Below, piece by piece: positions 52,771 through 64,000 of a stretch of DNA of 64,000 bases. The stretch lies in NCBI RefSeq assembly GCF_009914755.1, contig NC_060927.1. One strand, written 5' to 3'. The first letter of the stretch is position 1. Each line of letters opens with the position of its first letter. This DNA is from the human T2T-CHM13v2.0 reference genome, Homo sapiens. The notes under the pieces were generated by a model. That model was not told the DNA's origin and searched no databases. It was given only the letters and a program-made list of their open reading frames with translations. A program made the translations under genes and the position numbers.

Positions 52771-53744
52771 AAACAACGACAACAAAATAGTATGTGTATA
52801 ATGTTAGGAAACGCAAAACAGTAGACACCACTGCAGAATGAAAAGCGATGAATGGCCTCTCTCCCTAGTCTTCACCCCCATTCTTTCCCCAGTGATTATC
52901 ATTGTTCCCAGTGCCTTGCAGTTCCTTGCAGGAAACTAAATATGCCAACGTCCATGTATTTGAGAGGCAGTCCACCCCAGGTTTGAGGAGAGTTGACCAA
53001 GAGGCAACAGTCAGATAGTTTTCTCCAGTTCTGTAGCTGTATAACTCCCTAAACCAATTTCCTTCTATAGCATCCAAGGAGTTTTGTGGAACATAATTGT
53101 GAGAAGAAAGGGCTCCATAGCGGAGAACATTTGGAAAACTTCTGGGTCAACAGAACCCAGGGGGCTTAGTTACTGTTGTCTAGGCAGAGCTCCGGACTCT
53201 GGTGGAGGAGAGAACAAGCAGTACTTCCCAACCTTCTTTGACCAAGGAACCCCTTCAAGGAAGGCTATGCCCTCTCATGACAGACTTTTGGAGAATGAGT
53301 GGCATCTACAGTGTGGTGCGTGTGAGCCTGAAGATGGGCAGCATGAGAGAGAGCACAGGTGCCCAGACCAGTTGAGAGCTGGCCAACAAAGAACCCAGAC
53401 TGAGCAGTGTTGGAGGCTAAATCCACATACCAAGTGATGCCTCATGGAGCTGAGCATCGGTTTAAGAGTTGGTTAATTAAAAACAAAAAGTTTCCTTGGG
53501 GGAAGGTGGTGACTCAGCAGCAGTTAAAGTTAGTTACAGAAAAAGGAAAGGTGAAGTGTAAAGAGGCAGGCTCTGCCCCTTGTGGTCAGCAGAAGCAGGA
53601 GGATGTGGGGGCCCATTTCCACAAGTGTGACAGTAGCAAGAACAGAAGGCATGCTTGTTACCTGTGTGGTCCTGTTCACGTGTCTTATGTTTTCTGAGCC
53701 CCAGCACCATCATCTGCCCCAAGGGGATTATAACCTGTTACTAA

Positions 53745-53945
53745 TATCTTTTGAACACTTACTCTGGCCAGTCATTCTCTACGTGCTTGACAGGAAGTAA
53801 CTGATTTCTTCTTACAACAAACCCAGAAGTATGCTTTTTGAGAAAACTGAGAGACACAGAGAGGTTAAGTCATTTAGCCAAGGTCACCCAGCTTATAAAT
53901 GGCAGTGATGAGAATCAAATTCGGAGATTATTTTCTGCCATACCC
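53745..53945 (-). mobile_element. MIR SINE
   Basis: 'cacagagaggttaagtcatttagccaaggtcacccagct'. Confidence 0.85.
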
Positions 53946-54104
53946 ATCTGGGATGTTGCAAAGGTGAAAAAAACAAACACGGATCTATCGGATCTATGGC
54001 ACAGATAAAGTGATCCCTAAAATGTTAGGGCTTTCCTTCCTGTAAATAATAATTTTATGGAACACTTAATGAAGGTATTACTTGAATAAATATTTTACAG
54101 CTCT

Positions 54105-54310
54105 AATAGCATGTAATATTTCTTGAGTACTCACTATGTGCTGGGAAGTGTGCAAACCTTTTGCATGTTTTATCCTAAGCTCACAGCAACCCTAGGTTGG
54201 CACATTAATTATCCTGTTTTTTTTTTAAATAGGTGAGGAAATTCAGGCAGAGGGTGAGTTTGAGTTTCGTATCCAAAGTCACACAATTAGTGACTGATGG
54301 AGCTGAGGAG
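54105..54310 (-). mobile_element. MIR SINE
   Basis: 'ttgagtactcactatgtgctgg...ctcacagcaaccct...aggtgaggaaattcaggc'. Confidence 0.8.
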
Positions 54311-54457
54311 GCATCATGATTTCTGTCAAAGACCAGAGACTGTTACAAATTGATTAAAATTCTGAATCACACATCTTCCCAAAGAGTGAATTCATCTGGG
54401 AGGAAATAGGGAAATAGGAAAAAAAATTGGAGATATATAATCATGGAGCAACAGATA

Positions 54458-54958
54458 TGGGGCAGTGGTTCTCCATTGCTGGGCAACACATCATCTGCAG
54501 AATTAGTGGCTTAAAACAATAACAGTTTATTCCTCATTATTCTGTGGGTTGGCCAGGTCGTTTCTCTTCTGGTTTTACTTGGCCCACTCCTGTAGCTGCA
54601 TTTAGTTGTAGGGTTGGGAGCTCCAAACTGGTCTCACTCTCAGGTCTGGCAGTTGGCGCTGGCTGTTGGCTGGGGCCTGCGTTCTCCTCATGTGATCATC
54701 ATCTTCTAGTAGACTCCACTGGACTTCTTCATAGCATGATGAGCTCAGGGTCCAAGAAGACAAGACTGGAAGCTGTCAGGTCTCGTAAGCTCCCAAATTC
54801 ACATATCACTTTCACATATGCTATTGGTCAAAGCAAGTCACAAGGACAGCCTGGCTTCAGGAAGATGGAGAAATATCATTTTTGGAGGGAAGAATTGGGA
54901 AAGTCACATTACTAAGACACATAGACATTGGGAGCCATTATTATAACCATCTACCATG
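54458..54958 (-). mobile_element. MaLR LTR, MLT1H-like
   Basis: 'tagtggcttaaaacaa', 'tgttggctgggg', 'ctattggtcaaagcaagtcacaagg' and end 'atctacca'. Confidence 0.85.
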
Positions 54959-55878
54959 ATAGATTAGGGACAAAAGGCAGCCAGGAAGAGAATGGTATTT
55001 GCATAGAAAGAACAGGAAGTATTTGTTTCCATTTATATCTTTTGATACTAACTCAAAGGATACCAAAACACCTCATTATAAATCTGAATAATGAAAAAGA
55101 GTTGTTTGGGGAGTGATGATAAAGGAAACTCAAGCTTTTGTTGTTTTATCACTGTAGGATGATTCATTTTATAAGTTAAGAAAAAGTTGAAGATTAATGA
55201 GACCATATCCATGAAGTATTTAGAGCTCCTTGTAAGGAGAGAACTACATCAATATTAGAGTAATCATCAAACAGCTATCAAAATGTCATTTAAGAGAAGA
55301 CAGGTACTATTTCCCACTTGGAGGAATTATCTTCTGATTTTCAGGGACCTTCCAGCCTGGATTTGTGTTGATTCACTTTGCCCACTTCTCTTGACAAGGA
55401 GTAGAGTGAGAGCTTTTGCAAGTTTAGCATTTACAAGTGGCTTTGTACTAGGGAAGGACTTGAGCCCCTCTTCCCAAGGAGCGAGGGGTCAGTGTGTATG
55501 GAAGGCTCTATCTCTGGTGCGGCCCCTCTCCCTGTCCTTGAAAACGGGTGGCGAGGCAAGCTGAGCAGAGGGAATCCCTTCTGAGGGTGAGGAAGGACCC
55601 TTGACAAGCAGTAGCTGCCCTTTCATCACAGGGGCAGCCAGCCAGAGCACTGGGGGTCTTCCTTGACTGAGTCGGACTTGGGGAAATGCACATTTTACTG
55701 GAATTGAAACCCACACAGATCTCAGTTCTACACTTACCTGGAAGGTCTCTTCTGTGAGCTCCAAGCCATGAGGGAGGGGGATTCCTGTAGGGCAGCTGAG
55801 GACCTGCGGTGAAAGCTGTTTTGTGATCTGATGTGGCCTATATCCCTAGTCCCTTCAAGAGAAACATGCCTTTTTCTG

Positions 55879-56199
<321 letters not shown>

Positions 56200-56239
56200 T
56201 CATAAGGCATATCTTCCCAGAGGGCCAGTGTAATTTACA

Positions 56240-56715
56240 TATCCATTAAATATTTGAGTGGCACCATGTGCTGGGCACTGTTCTGGGAATGGAGGCTCAG
56301 CCATGGGCAAGGTGGACACAATCTCTGCTCTCCTGGAGCTTCAAAGAGTGCTCTGGAAGGGGAGGGGGGCCCTGCAAAAGTTCTGAGCCTGGAGGAGTTT
56401 GGCAGATTCCAGTAGCAGAGGGATGGTAAGTTAGTAGGGACTGAGGACTCAGAGGTGGGCTGAAGTAGACCCATTAGCAGCCACTCATAGGTGCTGGGAA
56501 GAAATTTAGATTTTCTGCTCAGTGCGATGGAAGCTGTTAAAGAGTTTGAGGGTGAGCAGATATGATTCACATGTTTAAAAGGTCCTTCTAAGCTGTTGGG
56601 AAGGGAGGCAAGAGAATAATCTGGTAGTGAAGACACTTTTGGGTGAAGATAAGGCGGGAAGGAAGAGATGCAGGAGGCTCAGCTTGGTGAGATGGTGGCC
56701 TGGGCTAGGGTGATT
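56240..56715 (-). mobile_element. L2 fragment
   Basis: 'aaatatttgagtggcaccatgtgctgggcactgttctggg...ctgctctcctggagctt...gagatggtggcctgggctaggg'. Confidence 0.8.
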
Positions 56716-57120
56716 ACAAACCAAGAAAGTATCTCTTTTTTTTTTAGTAGATTGCAAATTCTGCACTCATTTCAACAGCATCACTAGAGTCTTCAAAGAA
56801 ACTTGACCCTCATGATGGGCCACTTTGGGCTGTGGCTCCAGCCCCCAAGTCCTGCCACCTTATGGTAAGGGAGACGAGGTGAAGACTGACAAGCACTGTT
56901 GTGCAGAAACTATTGTGTTAGGACAAGTAGATATCCCTCTGGAAAAAGAAATAATGGGGGTATTTCTAAACTGTATATTTTATTCCATTAATCAGTCTCT
57001 TTTTATACCACTACCACATTGTTTATACTAGCTATGGCATGATAATATGTTTTAATATCTGCTAAGACTATTTGCCTCTTACAGCTCTTTTTTTTGAAAG
57101 TTTTCCTGGTTATTCTTGCC

Positions 57121-57391
57121 TATTTATTCATTTATTTATTTATTTTGAGACAGAGTCTCACTCTGTTGCCCAGGCTGGTGTGCACTGGCGCGATCTCCGC
57201 TTGCTGCAAGCGCCGCCTTCCGGGTTCATGCCATTCTCCTTCCTCAGCCCCCCGAGAAGCTGGGACTACCGGTGCCCGCCACCACACCCGGCTAATTTTT
57301 TTGTATTTTTAGTAGAGACAGGGTTTCACCGTGTTAGCCAGGATGGTCTCAATCTCCTGACCTCGTGATCCTCCCACCTCAGCCTCCCAAA
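57121..57391 (-). mobile_element. AluY, missing ~37 nt at its 5' end
   Basis: Y-diagnostic 'ctgcaagc', 'gccattctcc' and 'ccgtgttagccaggatgg'; (TTTA)n tail; ends at cctcccaaa. Confidence 0.93.
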
Positions 57392-58566
57392 ACTTATTTA
57401 TTTTATATTAAAATGATTTAAAAATGTTTCAGACCTACAAAAAGTATATGCAACACTTCAAGAAAGGAAAGAGAGATGTGTTGTAAACACCTATCTACCT
57501 ACCACCCAGATTCTGAAATATCCCCAATATACTCTACAAACGCAGAGGAAGCCCCCATCCACCTCTCCTCAGTCACTACCCCCCCTTCCACCAGGGGTAC
57601 CCACTGACTTTGACGTTTTGTATTTCCATGCATTTTATTCATGTTTAATGCCTGTGCATGTGAACCTAAGCAAAACAGCAATCCAGATGTTTATAAATTT
57701 TATATAAATGGTATTATGTGATATATGCTTTTTTCTGAATCATGTCCCCTTTCTTCTCCACTAAATAATATGTTTGAGAGATCCATCCATGTTGAGACAA
57801 GTTGCTCTAGTCCATTACTGCCAAAGCTTTATGGTATTTTGTTGTATGGAAATACCTCAATTTATTAATTTTCCTCTAGATGGGCATTTCCTGTTGAAAA
57901 TTGATGTATGCAGTTTTTCACACTAACACTCTTGCATGTACCTCCTTTGTACATTTCTGAGAATTTCTCTTGGCTGTCTTGGGCATATTGCTGGGAATGG
58001 AATTGCTTGTTCATGGGATATGTACTTGTTCAGCTCTCCTATATAGAGCCAGACTGTTCTTTGGAGTAAGTGCACTTGTTTGTTTTTGTTTGAGCTTTAA
58101 AATTAGCTTGACTATTCCCTAATGAATGTATAAATAAATAACACTTTCATTGGGTTAAGTTTATGGATTAATTCAGGAAGAAATAAAATCTTTATGATGT
58201 TTAGAATTCTTAACCAAAAACATGGACCTTATCTTTTTTCTTCTTAAGTATATTTTCAAGTATTTTGTCTCTTTTGTTGCTATTATAAGTGGGGTTTTTC
58301 TCTTTCAGTTTATCTTGTTTGTAATGATAAAAACCATTGCTTTCTATATATGACTTTAATAGCCTGCCTTTTTACCACCTAAGACAGATTGCCAGTTAAT
58401 TGTCTTGGCTTTGTCACATGTATGATCATATTACCTACTAATGTTGACCATGCTTTCCTCCTTTCCAATTTATACATCTAATATCCTAGGCTAATTGTTT
58501 GCCTACTGTTCCCACAACAATGCTAAACAATCATAGTAAATGTGACATTTTAATCTTGTTCTTATA

Positions 58567-58860
58567 TTTTTTTTAAGACAGGGTCTTACTGCGTCACCCA
58601 GGCGGGAGTGCAATGACATGATCTTGGCCTACTGCAACTTGCACCTGCCTCCTAGGCTCAAGCAATCCTCCTACCTCAGTCTCCAGAGTAGCTGAGACTA
58701 TAGGCATGCGCCACCATGCCCAGCTAATTTTTGTATTTTTTGTAGAGACAGGGTTTCACTATGTTGCCCAGTCTCGTCTTGAACTCCTGAGCTCAAGTGA
58801 TCCACCTGCCTTGGCCTCCCAAAGTGCTGGGATTACAGGTGTGAGCCATTGCCCCTGGCC
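58567..58860 (-). mobile_element. AluJ (Jb-like)
   Basis: 'ggctcaagcaatcctcctacctcag' and 'gaactcctgagctcaagtgatccacc'. Confidence 0.95.
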
Positions 58861-60764
58861 TATTCCTAATTTTTCCAGGAAAATTTCTGATGTTTTTCAT
58901 TAAGCATTTTGAGTTTGAAGAAGATATATTTCACCAAAATAGAAAGTATCCATGTACTATTATTTTATTGTGAGTTTTAAAAAAATCAAGAATGGGTGTT
59001 AAATACTATTAGTTGCCTTTTTGATGTTCATTGAGACACCTGGATAATATTTTGAATTTATTAATATGGTTAATTATATAATAGATTCTCTATTGTCAAA
59101 CCATCCTTGCCTTATAATAAATTTTACTTTGTCCTTCAGTGTTTTGTTAGATTCTCCACCAATAACTTACTTAGGACATTTGCATTGATATTCATAAGCA
59201 AGATGGATCCAAAGGTCTGTTTGAGGGTTGGGAAACTGTGTATGAAGCATCCTGGTAGGATCTGGGTGTTAGAGCCCTCCTTACAGCTTCAGCATTTACA
59301 GTAGGAACCAGTTTTCTTCTCTATAGTTCCGTCACACTATGCCATGTTAGATAGGAGGGAGTTTACTCAGATTCCTTGGGAATGACCATAGACTGCAGCC
59401 TCCTACTGTAGCTCATATCATTCTCTCTTTAGCCAGGCTTCTGTTCTTATAAGTGAGTTTTGGAGAACTGTGATGTAACTGTCTCAGCAGATCCTCTCCA
59501 AACTTTTGCTACTCCCATAGAAGTACTTTGCAGTTTTAAAGCAGGTTCTTTTTCAGAGTTGAATTTATAAAGGAGCTACTTGGATGTGAGAATGTACTTT
59601 TCCACAGAAAGGATGTTCTAAGTGGTAGTTGAGCTGCTTCCTCAACATGGCCTTGGAGCCTATTTATTGCTTAATGTCCTTGCCAGGGGTGTGGGCATGA
59701 CAATACCAGCCACAGCTACCCACTAGTTGTCACAGTTCTTGAGACAGGAACATGGGCTTAGTTCCATGCTTAGACCCCAGAAATCCATCTTTCCTGACTT
59801 TGGCCCGGCAAAAGGGCCTTCACCTCCAAAAGGGCAGTTGTTTCTGAGGGATTCCCAGGCTGGGATGCATACTTGCAGCAGGGGTACCAATAACAGGTTA
59901 ACTCTGTCTTAAGAAGAGGTTCCCAACTCTATTTGCGTGAGAAAAGAGAACTATGAACATTTGCACAGGAGAAAGTAACTGCCCATCAATCACTCCCTAG
60001 GTGACCCCTCAGGGGAACAAAGAGCAGTTGGTGTTTAAAGTCAAGTGTTTGTAAGTTAGGGGTTTCCAGAAAATGGGATCTCTCTTGGTAGGAGTCTTTT
60101 CTTTTTCTTTTTCTTCCTGATGGACAAATTAGGCTCCATTTTTATTTCTTTTCTGACTCTAGACATCTCTGTAGGTCTCTATTCTCTGGCTTTCCCTAGG
60201 CCCTTCCTTTTTATTCTCACTTTTCCCAATTGGCCACCACTCTGCCCTCCCCTCCCTCCCTCTATCCTAACTCTTGGTGTGTAATTTGTTTGCAGTCAGG
60301 TTGTTTCTTTGATTTACGGGGCCTCTTCTCGGCAGAATTATAATAAATGGATTGCTTTGCTGAGCCCCAGCTAGTTCAACACCATTTGCTCGGACTGGGT
60401 CAAGCCCCTTGCAAACAGAGGATGCATCCTGCACAGAGGCACATGCTCACACACACGGTATCAGCCCTCTGCATCTTTCTCTAGCCAAATATAATGAAAA
60501 ATCTCCTCATCCATCTGAGAACCAATTCAGTTACAAGAATGTAAGAAGAGATATCCCCAGTACGGTCCACCTCCCTGTAATATGGCCCTGGGTGCTGATG
60601 GTCCCAGGGGGTGTAGACATTGTTCTGAATACAGACTTAATTAGTTGCATAATTAGCAAATGTAAGCCTATAAAACCTTTTTTGTTTGTTTGTTTGCATC
60701 TGGAATGCTCCTAAAGACTGAAAACCTAAACTATGTTAACTGAAATGAGGAATGAACAAATCTG

Positions 60765-61402
60765 TTCACGGGTCGCTCTGCCTGGAACACTTCAGTGGTT
60801 TCCTTTTGCTCTGAGAATAAAGTGGAAAAAACAAGCAAACAAATCATAAATCCAAACAAAGAACAACCTTAATGTGGCCTGCAAGGTCCAGCCTGCCTGA
60901 TCTCCCACCCCTCTCTCCAGTGCAAGCACATACTCTCCCTCCCACACCCCCTACACTCACATGCCCACCTCAAGAGCCTTGCACTTGCTCGGAAGTGAGG
61001 GATCCCAGGGTTGCCTCAAGGGCTCTGGACTTGCCCTTGCCTCTGTCTGACAAGTCCTACCCAGTACCAGCCTCCTCGCCATCATCAGGCTCCTTCTGCT
61101 CATCCCTCTAGTCTCAGCCTTGAGGCTGATTCTTCTAGGAAATATTTTCATCCTTATGTCAAACCAGGGCCCCCATTATCTGTTCCATGCATATGCTGTC
61201 GTATTGTGTCAGCTAAGGCATTTGGGTAACTCCTTGCAGGATACCTGCCTGTCTGTCCCTCCAGACCGTAAACTGTGTGGGAGTTGGGGTCCTACCTATT
61301 ATGTTCTGAATTTCATCCACAGACCTAGCAGAGTGCCTCACAGAGCAGGTGCCTGTGGCCAAACTGTGGACCCAACTGAGCAAATGAAGGCAGGAATGAA
61401 TG
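60765..61402 (+). mobile_element. L2 3' fragment
   Basis: 'cttcagtggtttccttttgctctgagaataaa...tggcctgcaagg...acctagcagagtgcct...gaatgaatg'. Confidence 0.8.
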
Positions 61403-63809
61403 CCAAAGACAACAGTATCTTTCTTCCCTAAGGAGCGCTCTTAAATTTGCTTCCTCTGTTTTTCATCCTTATTCCACACCTCTTTTATTCCAATGTGCAT
61501 GGCAGTTCTTCCTCCCCACTTACCAAGCTGAGCCTGTTTGGCTTCTTCCTACCAAAGCAGGGATTCTAAGCTGAAAAGAGCACCATCCCGTCTTCCAAGG
61601 ATCCTTGCAGCCCAGCACGTGTGGGGCTCCTAATATTCCTGGAACTGAGTTGGTGACTTCATCTTGAGGTGCCTTGGGACACAGAGACACTTCCCTGGAT
61701 GTCCCCTTTTCACCACTTCGGAGTTCAGCATGGTGTGGCTTGTGAAAAGAGGACTTGGACTGGCCATGAAGCTCAGGTCACCCCTCTCTTGGGCCTCAGT
61801 TTTCTTATCTAAGGCTCCTTGTAATCCTATGACTTGAACTTTCTGGAGGAAAAATGCAAAGGTGAAAGTTTTACAGCCTAGAAACCTTCTAAGAGGTTGT
61901 TTAAACCTTGCCTCAGCCTCCAGGACAGGTTGCACCTCGTGTGCCCATTTCTTCTCTGAAAGCCTGTGTTCTCTGTATTGTCCTTCTCCCTGTCTAAACA
62001 CTGTTTATAAAGCCCAGATTGTTGGTTTGATTTTCCTGGGTTCTGACAAGTGAAAGAGGGCTCTGGAAGAACAATGGGGAGGTTCAGTTCAGAGCAAGGG
62101 CTCTGATATAGCAGACCAGCCAGCCTCAGTACCCAGACTCTCTGCTGTGCGCTTTTCAACATCACTACTTAGTTGGGTGTTTCATGAATACACCTGACAT
62201 AGAAGGTAGGATTTTCTCTGCGTCCTCCTCGTGGTCACCTCTGATCTGCAGAAACACATTGAAGAGCCAAGTGCTTTGTTCCGGGAAAACATCTCCTTCT
62301 GTTGGTTTTATTCCCCTAACTGGTGTTTTTCTGTGGTTTCTCTTTTCTCTTCTTTCCTGGGAATGAAGTACTGTGGCTGTTATGCCAGAGCCTATTCTTT
62401 TCTTGTTTGAGTTCAACAAATCTCCAGCATCTGAAAGGAGTGGCTGCCTCCAGCCTTGGGCTTCTGCATTGAAACAGGCTTTTCACTCTCTCATGCACAA
62501 CCAAATCTTCTACTTTAATAATCACTTTCCTCTCTTCTGGAGATTTGCAGTTTAAAAGATGTGATTTATACAAAATTAATGCAAAATAGGAGTCTACATT
62601 AGGAGAACCCCAGTGCCCTCTGCTTTTCCCTGCTTCCTTTCCACTGCATTGAGGGCCACCTTGCTCTTTCCAGCTCAGCTTGGCCCCAGCAGTTGACACC
62701 CACAGAGATCCACACCGTCTTGATCTTGTCTTCTCATTCTTTATTTGCTGGCTCACCAGATAATCTGTGAGTGTAACATTTTTCCCAGTCACAGAGAGTC
62801 AGGATCCAGATGGACACAGGGGTGGTCTTGGTGTCCTGTGCAGAAGGAGTGTGTAGGAGAGTGAGTGGCTATCCTTCCAACATCACGCAGAGAGAAGATG
62901 AGCTGGGAGAGAATCATCTCTGTTACCAATGCATTTTTTCCACAAGGAAAATAAGAAAGCCACAGCTTTGAAGTGGAAATTTTCCAGGCTTGGATGAAGC
63001 TAAAAATTAAAATATGGTGCTAGGACCTTTTACGTGCAGATACAGAATCTGAAAACATGCACTTTTCCAGTTAAAAATGCTCAAATATCTTCCCAGCACT
63101 CATGTAAGCAAAAGTGAATTCTGTATTTATAAGCTCTAAGAGGAAAAGCCACCCGAATGTTAAGCAGGGCAGCTTAAATTTCTATTCAAGTTTCAACTGC
63201 TAGAGAAAGTGGGCTGATAACAGAAGAGCGAGCCAGGTTTATCTTCTGCATTTTGAAAAGGATGGACAGGGTGAAGGAGTTTATGCAATTCAAATCCAAA
63301 TTGAAATGAGCATGGGTCCCTTCATAAGGCTGTCCTCTACTTTTCCCTTTAGTTACAGCAAAATGTCCCAATTTCTGTAGCCTTTGCCAACCCATCTCTG
63401 GACTGGCAAACAGGCTTGAAGATGAGTTAGGGGCTGGGGAGAAGCAAGGAACTAGAATATTTCCTTTGACTCCCTCTTTAGTTTTCTTCACACATCTGCC
63501 AGCAGGGAGGTGTAGCCTTCCTAGGATCAATGGGGAGATGAAGAAATAGAAGCATTTTACAGGTACACCAGGACACATATTGTGGCATGTTGAGGCCAGG
63601 GGCTAAGCTCTAACTAAGATGCCACCTAGATCACCGAGACCTCCAGCTGCTCACGGGCCCATAAGCTCCTTCGTGCCCTCCCTGCAGAAGTCATCTCAGA
63701 CCTGTTGAGCTGTATTTGACTTGAGTCTTCTGGCTGCTGAGCTTGTTCTTTACCAGTTTTCCTTGGCCTTGGCTGCCCTCTTCCATAATCTGGTGCACTG
63801 GATGTGGAT

Positions 63810-63953
63810 TGCCTCATCAGCACAAGGGGGACAATCACAGAACCTGTCTCATAAGCTTATTGAGGATTAACAGAAACACTGAGACCATGCCTGGCACACG
63901 GTGAGCACCCAATAATGGTTGCTCTTGTTGTCGTGAATATTACTGTTATTATT
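63810..63953 (+). mobile_element. MIR SINE 3' half
   Basis: 'tgaggattaa...atgcctggcacacggtgagcacccaataa'. Confidence 0.75.
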
Positions 63954-64000
63954 CAGACAGTGATTATTTCCACCCCCACTGATGTGTTGTTGCTGACCTT

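Larger units (their letters stand above)
56950..59210 (-). mobile_element. Old L1M ORF2 fragments with a nested AluY, an L1ME 3' end (~57395-58075) and an AluJ
   Basis: Antisense ORF2 motifs 'tattccattaatc...taccactaccacattgttt', 'aaatcaagaatgggtgttaaat' and 'aaccatccttgc'. Confidence 0.8.

Noticed and set aside
62611-62626. Second CTCF-like motif (minus strand AAGCAGAGGGCACTG)
   Set aside because: It lacks the 5' CC of the core and is too weak to call without data.

Overview
This is primate (simian-type) nuclear DNA, not microbial. It is CpG-depleted, has no CpG island, and carries Alu J/S/Y SINEs, L1PA and L1M LINE fragments, many MIR/L2 fossils, MaLR (MLT1) LTRs, hAT-Charlie and mariner MITE fossils, and microsatellites. 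I find no supportable protein-coding exon, tRNA, rRNA or CRISPR array; the ORF track is consistent with chance ORFs or repeat-derived ORFs. The window looks like the interior of a very large intron or a gene desert. Several repeat-free blocks rich in homeodomain/TALE motifs may be conserved enhancers, and there is one strong, palindromic CTCF motif. The most unusual sequence-level signals are: a perfect 17-bp hairpin fused to an 18-bp tandem repeat (48.5 kb); an unexplained 1.2-kb AT-rich island with internal palindromes (3.6-4.8 kb); an AluY with a dense one-arm cluster of non-CpG substitutions (57.2 kb); a 61-nt 5'-only Alu stump (30.8 kb); a head-to-head MER5A composite; and a long putative L3/CR1 fossil. 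None of this establishes a new biological system. Repeat family names come from recalled consensus motifs, and boundaries of old repeats are approximate.
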